A stretch of 64,000 nt of DNA from a virus (taxonomy: Duplodnaviria; Caudoviricetes), in IMG/VR virus record IMGVR_UViG_3300044667_000075, positions 1 to 64,000 of that record. One strand, written 5' to 3'. Below the pieces are notes generated by a model. The model did not search any database and was not told the DNA's origin. It was given only the letters and a program-made list of their open reading frames with translations. Shown piece after piece: positions 58,332-64,000 of this stretch. A program made the position numbers and the translations under genes. The first letter of the stretch is position 1. Each line of letters begins with the position of its first letter.

Positions 58332-58360
58332 TTGAAACGGCCCCGTGGTAATGCTACGAT
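58332..58360 (+). promoter_or_regulatory. Promoter, probably leaderless transcript
   Basis: TTGAAA-17 nt-TACGAT, 6 nt before ATG 58367. Confidence 0.6.
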
Positions 58361-58366
58361 GGCCCC

Positions 58367-58693
58367 ATGAAGCAGATCAACCTACGGCTAGACGACGAAC
58401 AGCACGCCCACCTCGTCGCTGCGGCCAAGCGGGACCGGCGCTCGCTCAATGCCGAAATCGAATGGTGCATCGACAGAGCGCTCAGCGACAGGCCCGCTGG
58501 CCTGGAACTCTCCGACATCAAGGCAGGGATGCGCCTCCGGTCATACAACGAGGAGACCGGGGAGCCTGTCGAGGGTGTCGTTGAGGACATCCACCGGGGC
58601 TATCCCATCTGCCGTACCGACATCGGATCGTTTTTCATGGCAGATCTGCGCAGAAGCGAAATCGTCGACACCACCCCAGAGGGGGAGCAATGA
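58367..58693 (+). CDS. Arc-like ribbon-helix-helix protein
   Basis: MKQINLRLDDE.H..L..AA...RRSLNAEI. Confidence 0.8.
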   Translation: MKQINLRLDDEQHAHLVAAAKRDRRSLNAEIEWCIDRALSDRPAGLELSDIKAGMRLRSYNEETGEPVEGVVEDIHRGYPICRTDIGSFFMADLRRSEIVDTTPEGEQ

Positions 58694-58829
58694 ACGGGAC
58701 CGGAAGCCTCGCGCTGTACGCCGTGGACTGCTCCGAGTGCGGACGGCCGACTGTCACGTCTGAGATCTGCACCCGGCCGGACCTGTGCCACCCGTGCTTT
58801 GCTGCGACTCTCGCCACGAGGAGCCCGTC

Positions 58830-59960
58830 ATGACCAGCACTACGGCGAATTCCGCCTGGAGGCGAGACCAGCGCCGGGAATCGGCACTGACAAACGTCGA
58901 GCAGATCAAGGCGTACGCCGACCTCGTGTTCTCCCGGCTCGCCACAGGCCAGCCCATCGGCCCGGTGCAGGTCCAGTCGATCCTGCGGAACGCCGAGGAA
59001 CTCCTGGCCGCTGTCGCGGTCATCGAGGAACTTGACGCCATCGCCGAGGCCGCCGTGAGCGACCTCGGTACGAACAGAGACCTGACCGAGCATCGCGGGA
59101 TGGGTATCTGTAACAAGAGTCGCAAGCATCCCGGCCCTTGCGACTACGGAAGTGGGGTGTAGGAGCGGTGAGCGGGTTCTTCCGGCGCGTCATCGCCGCA
59201 TCCCGCCCACGTCCGTGGCTGACCGTTGACGCGTCGTCTCCGCTCGGCCGCCTGATCCTCGCGCTGCGCCGCGACAATACCTACGACCGCACCACCACCC
59301 CAGGGGGCAAGAAATGATCGTCTCCAGCAGCACGCCCACGAGAACGACTTACGCCGAGTGCCTGTCCCGGAATCTCATCGTCTCCGACGCATCCGCCCGG
59401 CAGGTCCCGGACCGCGACCCCGCCAGGATCGCCCGTGAAGCCGGGCCCGGCGTGTACGCCTTCCGGTTCTACGACATCATCACGACGACCGCCGGGGGCA
59501 CCTCCTGCCGGAGCAACCCTGTGGACGTGTCCCCGTGGTACTTCATCGACGCCCGGCGCCTTACCGCCGAGGACGTCGAGGCGCTCCCCGGAGACCACTC
59601 GGTCCTGCTGGCCAACATGCGGGGCAACGGGTGGGCGTTCGTGGCCGGGTGCCGGACAGGCGGCTACCAGCCGATGGGCCCCCAGGACAAGATCATCGAC
59701 AGCGAGACGGGACGGCTGTCATGACCGCCGCCAACCACGAGGAAGCAGTAATGGCCAGCTACGACAACCTGACCGCAGAACAGGAAGCCTGGTTCGACGA
59801 CTTGATGACCATGCCGACGAGCCAGTGGCCGCCGGAACTGATCGCCCACGTCCGCAGCCAGCCAGGCCCGTTCTGCGGTGACGCCCTCGCAGATGCGGTC
59901 GCGGGCTGGGTCCGCACCACCTCAACCGAAACCACCACCACGACCCAAGGGGGGAACTGA
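58830..59960 (+). CDS. Small hypothetical genes (58830-59162, 59314-59724, 59721-59960)
   Basis: RBS-led ORFs. Confidence 0.5.
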
Positions 59961-59962
59961 CC

Positions 59963-60377
59963 ATGACCGCCACCAAGACCTTCCACCTCGGCGACATCCT
60001 GTCCATCACCACGGGATGCCTCGTCTCACCCCGCCACATCGACGGCGTGTACGACATCCTCAACCACATGACCGGCGACAGCCTGTCCACCCACCAGCTC
60101 CCGCGCGCCTCCCGCGAATGCGAGGGCCCGCTGCTCGCCCAGCACCCCGACCTGGCGGGGATTGAGGTTCCCGACTTCAGCGTCTACGCCAGGGACGACG
60201 TTGAGCGCGCCGTCGCAGACTGGCTGGCGGCGCAGGTGGCGGTTTACGGAGAGACCCGTGAAGTCGCCCCGCTCGGCGAGCATGACCACACCAGGATCGA
60301 CCCGATCGACGAGATGCACATGAGCAGGCCCCGATTCTGAAGTCATCGTGATCGAGATGCCGACGGATGAGTCATGA
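59963..60377 (+). CDS. Phage hypothetical protein (probable +1 indel near 60330)
   Basis: FHLGDILSITTG..VYDILNHMTGD.L.THQLPR; likely true end PDSEVIVIEMPTDES overlaps next ATG. Confidence 0.6.
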
Positions 60378-61148
60378 CCACCGAGACCAGCCTGCCCCCT
60401 GACGCCCAGTTGCGGGCAGACCTCACGGACTGGGCGATCGCCAACGGCGGCATCCAAGTCCTCGCCAGCAAGGCGGATGTACCCGTGGAGGACATCCGCA
60501 GGTTCCTCGCCGGGGAGAGGCTCTACTGGACCGCCCTGGCGAAGCTGGCCGCGGCTGTGCGGGACGGGGGATCATCGTGAGGTTCCCGTGGGCACGCGAC
60601 GGCGAACAGGACCGGTACGCGCGAGCCGCCTGGGACATCTGGCAGAAGGCAGTCGTCGTCAAGGCGACAGGCCGGGAGGGCATCGCGGAGATGTACGACC
60701 AGGGGAACGACCGGGCGCTGGTCAGGTTCAGCGACGGCAGCAGCGAGGTCGTGCATATCGACGGCTTGCAGGTCAGGGAGCGGCCGTGATCCCTGTCGTC
60801 CTCAGCGTCATCCTGGGCGTCTTGTTCGCCTCGCTTACCGCGGCCCGTGTCCGGTACGGGGGACTTCGGGTGTCCGAGTTCCCCGTGCTGCTGTGGTGCG
60901 TGCTCGCCGGCCGGGAGCACAGGCGGCAGTTGAAGGGCATCCTGGAACGGCGGGAGCAGCGGCCGTCCATGCTGGTCAAGGCCGCATTCCCGGGACAGGT
61001 GGAGCTTTCAAGCAGGTTTCGAGTACCGCCTGGGGCGGCCCTGCACGGCGGCGTGATCATCCTGTCGTCGGCCGTGACGCTCGTCCCGGTCGAGGCCGGG
61101 GACGACGACCACGAGTTCCCTCGCTGCGGCCGTGGCTGGGATGGCTGA
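60374..61148 (+). CDS. Three small genes (60374-60580 HTH-like, 60577-60789, 60786-61148)
   Basis: Coupled ORFs. Confidence 0.5.
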
Positions 61149-62493
61149 TAGCCCCCGGTCAGGATGTCACCACGGGGTTAGATTATTATCACTATGTGAG
61201 AGTCCGCAGGCAGCGGACGTGCGGACGAATCATGCGCTCTTGCTGGGATTCCGCCGCGCATGTCCGCCCGGCGCGATTGCACCCCGCCGAGGTTAACGGC
61301 GGGTAACTGTAGCATGACTGACTGGCCTGCGGTTACGCTCCCGTCTGTCGGCGTGTCCCGCACGGTGCGGGACGCACAGATCGCCTGGCGGGTTCGGAAG
61401 GCAGCCCGCCGAGGGGGGACGGCAGCGATGCCCTGCTATAGGCATCCCCAGCCCGCGGCCATGCCGTCGCGGCATCACGCCCGCACCATCTCCTGGACCC
61501 GGCAGCGCCGGACAGGGGGGTGGGCTCGATGACCTGCAACAGGCATCCGAGGCACGCGGAAAGCCCGCTGAAACACCTGGCCCGGAACCCGTTCGGGGCC
61601 CTCCCGCCGGACGTCGGGGAACGGCTGCGGCAGTGGCGCGAGAGCCCCGCAGTCGACGGCCCGTTCCGCGGCAGCAGCGGGGAATGGCGGGCGTGGATCC
61701 CCGCCGACGGGGATCCGGTCAGCGGCGAGCAGCTCACCGAGTTCGACGCCGAAGACCCCGGAGTCGCCGCGGTGCGGCTGATGGACACGCTCGAGGACCG
61801 GCTGGGACCGCCCGGCTGACACCAGGCTTGCGCGGCCGGGAGAAACGCAGCCAGCACCGCCCCCGAGGAGCAGCTGCGGGGCCGCGCGAGAGCCCGTGCC
61901 GGGCCGGCCGTCGCCCTGCTCCCCAGGAAGCCGCAGGGCTGACCCTCCTTGCGGCTGGCTGCCGGTCCCGGCACGGGCACCACGAACGTCGCGCCGGGAG
62001 GCCGGCGGGGATAACAGGCCGGGTCCCTCTGATCCAGGGGAACCATCTACCCCGGTTTGAGTCCCTGCACCTCCTGGCGCGGCCCAGCGTTCCTGTCCCC
62101 CACGTGTTACGGCGCGGCACCCCGGCGGAGAAAACCGGCGTTTCCGGTCAGCAGGAACGCAGGTGCCGGCCGGCCGGCTGAGGTGCCGTGACACCCCGCG
62201 CCGCACTGATGCCGACGCTCAGGACCGTCTCCTCGAGGCTGGCGATGCGGCGTTCAAGCGCGGTGAGGATCTCGCCGGCCAGCCCGGCGGCGGCGGCTTC
62301 GGCGAGCGCGCCGCTCACCGTGGCCAGCATCCTGAGCAGTTCCGCGAGCAGGAGAGCTAGTGACTCCTTCGCCTGGTCGGCCATCGTGCCTCGTCCCTGG
62401 AGCCCGTAACGGGCTCACCGTGCTTTGCTGTGGTCCCTCCCGCACATCTTGGCGCAAAGATAACCCTGAGTACCACATGCGCCACGATGGGAT

Positions 62494-63135
62494 TCACGGC
62501 GTGGCGCGCGGTAAGCCTGCCGCGCTGCACCCGCCGGGACGCCCCCCGATCAGGTGGGCCCGCACCTCGGGAGACATCGTGTCGACGGCGCGGTGGAACG
62601 CCAGGGTCGCGGCGGCCTGCCACAGGCTCCACCCGGCCGTCATGAGGAAATCCCACCGCGCCTGGGTGTCGGGGCCGAAACCGGGCACGCCGGCGAGGTC
62701 CGGGGGGAACACCTGGTTCGCGGTGAGGGCCGCGGACGGGTCGGTGAGGTCTGCGCCGTGCTCGCGTGCCGCTTTCTCCACGAGGGCGCGGAGCTGGCCG
62801 AAGTACAGCGTCGCCTCAGGGTTGATCGTCTCGATGAGCTGCTGGGGGAACGGGGCGCCGCGTCGTTCCAGCCGCTGCGGTTCCGGCCGGAGCGGGGCCG
62901 ACAGCGGCTCCTCCCCGGTGAGGATGCGGGCAGCGGTGCCGCGTTCCCAGCGCAGGCCCTTGTCGATCGCCGCGAGGGTGCGGGGTGTCAGTTCCTGCTC
63001 CCCGGTGCGGGCCCTGACGAGAGCCCGCAGCGAGACGCCGCCAGCCGTGGCCACGTCCTGCCACCGGAGCCCGAGCTCGATGAGCCGGTCTTCCATCGCT
63101 TCGGCGAGCCGTCTCCGTGCTTGTGTCTGTGCCAA
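62494..63135 (-). CDS. CI-like XRE repressor
   Basis: RLIELGLRWQDVATAGGVS...TLAAIDKGLRWERG; start uncertain. Confidence 0.75.
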   Translation of the reverse strand: MAQTQARRRLAEAMEDRLIELGLRWQDVATAGGVSLRALVRARTGEQELTPRTLAAIDKGLRWERGTAARILTGEEPLSAPLRPEPQRLERRGAPFPQQLIETINPEATLYFGQLRALVEKAAREHGADLTDPSAALTANQVFPPDLAGVPGFGPDTQARWDFLMTAGWSLWQAAATLAFHRAVDTMSPEVRAHLIGGRPGGCSAAGLPRATP

Positions 63136-63285
63136 CGATCCTCCGCGTGCGTTCCGGCGCTCCCCGGCACGAAGGTACACGCGTTTGCGCGCATCGGGGA
63201 GGCCTAAAACCCTTACGGCATAGGCGTTTCGTGACGCGCGGGGCGCGTGGGGCGCAAGTTCAGCAGCGAGAAGGCGCGTCATGTC

Positions 63286-63314
63286 TTGCGCTGTCGCGTC
63301 TCGGCGCGTATTCT
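63286..63314 (+). promoter_or_regulatory. Promoter of Cro-like gene (leaderless)
   Basis: TTGCGC-17 nt-TATTCT, 6 nt before ATG 63321. Confidence 0.55.
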
Positions 63315-63320
63315 TAAGTC

Positions 63321-63545
63321 ATGAATTCCGGCACGATCTGCCCAGGCCGCAAGTTGCGGGTCGCACGCGTCATCGCAGACCTGAGCCAGGACGAGCTGGG
63401 GACGCAGGTCGGATACCACCAGACCTACATCTCGATGCTGGAACGCGGCAAGTGGGCCACCAGCATGGACGTCATCGAGAAGCTGGCCAGGGCCTGCGGC
63501 TGCAAGGTCGCCGACCTCCTGCCGGACGAGCAGGCAGCGGCCTAG
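63321..63545 (+). CDS. Cro-like XRE HTH protein
   Basis: LRVAR..ADLSQDELG..VG...TYISMLERG. Confidence 0.85.
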   Translation: MNSGTICPGRKLRVARVIADLSQDELGTQVGYHQTYISMLERGKWATSMDVIEKLARACGCKVADLLPDEQAAA

Positions 63546-63628
63546 ACAACGAAAAAATGCGGTCCTCGCCGGGCGAACGGCAGAGGACCGCAGAGAAGCA
63601 AGCAAGTCCATTATAGAGGAGCAAGCAA

Positions 63629-64000
63629 ATGGACTACCCAAGTGCCTGCGAGCACAGCGGCTGGTTCCGCGACGTGCGCGCGATCATCGACCTCAGCGAG
63701 GTCGTCCACGGCCTCCCGCTGCCGACCATCAGCCCCGACCGGGCCACGTTCCGGTTCACGGGCATCACCCATGCCGAGGACGCCCGGTCAGCGCTGGACT
63801 GCGCGAAGACCATCCTGGAGGCCGGGCTGGGGGTCGTGTTCCCCGAGGACCCGGTGCCTTTCGAGGCGGGTTCGGCGAAGCGCAGCGTGTACACCGCACT
63901 GATGCCGTCCGGGCTGGAGATCTGCCTCGTGGCGTGGACGAAGCACCTCGACGGCGGAGAAGCCCCCCAGGATGTGCGCCCCCTGGTGAAGGCCGCGTAA
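63629..64000 (+). CDS. Hypothetical protein
   Basis: GAGGAG RBS, complete ORF. Confidence 0.6.
   Translation: MDYPSACEHSGWFRDVRAIIDLSEVVHGLPLPTISPDRATFRFTGITHAEDARSALDCAKTILEAGLGVVFPEDPVPFEAGSAKRSVYTALMPSGLEICLVAWTKHLDGGEAPQDVRPLVKAA

Larger units (their letters stand above)
1..64000. mobile_element. Actinobacterial temperate phage / phage-plasmid (partial genome)
   Basis: TerL, portal, MuF, protease, capsid, tailspike, endolysin and CI/Cro-like pair, together with ParA and TraB-like FtsK; WhiB and very high GC point to an actinomycete host. Confidence 0.92.

Noticed and set aside
60325-60377. Frameshift at CCCC near the end of the 59963 gene
   Set aside because: Single extra base in a homopolymer, no TTA; most likely a sequencing indel
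63200-63212. In-frame TTA in the extended repressor ORF 62494-63282
   Set aside because: Lies upstream of the likely start (63135), in the promoter region; no frameshift
1-64000. CRISPR arrays, tRNA/rRNA genes, integrase, reverse transcriptase/DGR
   Set aside because: None recognised by eye; tRNAscan and Infernal were not run

Overview
High-GC actinobacterial temperate phage / phage-plasmid segment. The left half (1-31.6 kb, mostly minus strand) is a packaging and head operon. In transcription order it holds TerS candidates, membrane/holin-like genes, TerL, portal, MuF, large modular head-associated proteins (including a ParB-like/zeta-kinase protein), protease/scaffold, decoration, major capsid, small paralogous head proteins, neck genes and a beta-helix tailspike running off the left edge. 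An accessory cassette (10.3-15.5 kb) interrupts this operon. The right half carries many small genes, an amidase endolysin, a Streptomyces-plasmid-type transfer module (TraB/FtsK, Spd-like, GntR), WhiB, a second DNA methyltransferase, ParA, a highly structured ~800 bp non-coding tract and a CI/Cro-like switch. No integrase is visible. The most striking feature is the portal gene, which is broken three times within ~330 bp. Each break sits at an in-frame TTA (rare, bldA-type Leu codon) that begins a 5-, 4- or 10-nt coding gap ending in a codon matching or nearly matching the codon before the TTA. This suggests triple UUA-triggered translational bypassing that gates virion assembly on host tRNA status. 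Caveat: several single-base homopolymer indels elsewhere look like sequencing errors. All family calls are from motif recognition, not database searches.
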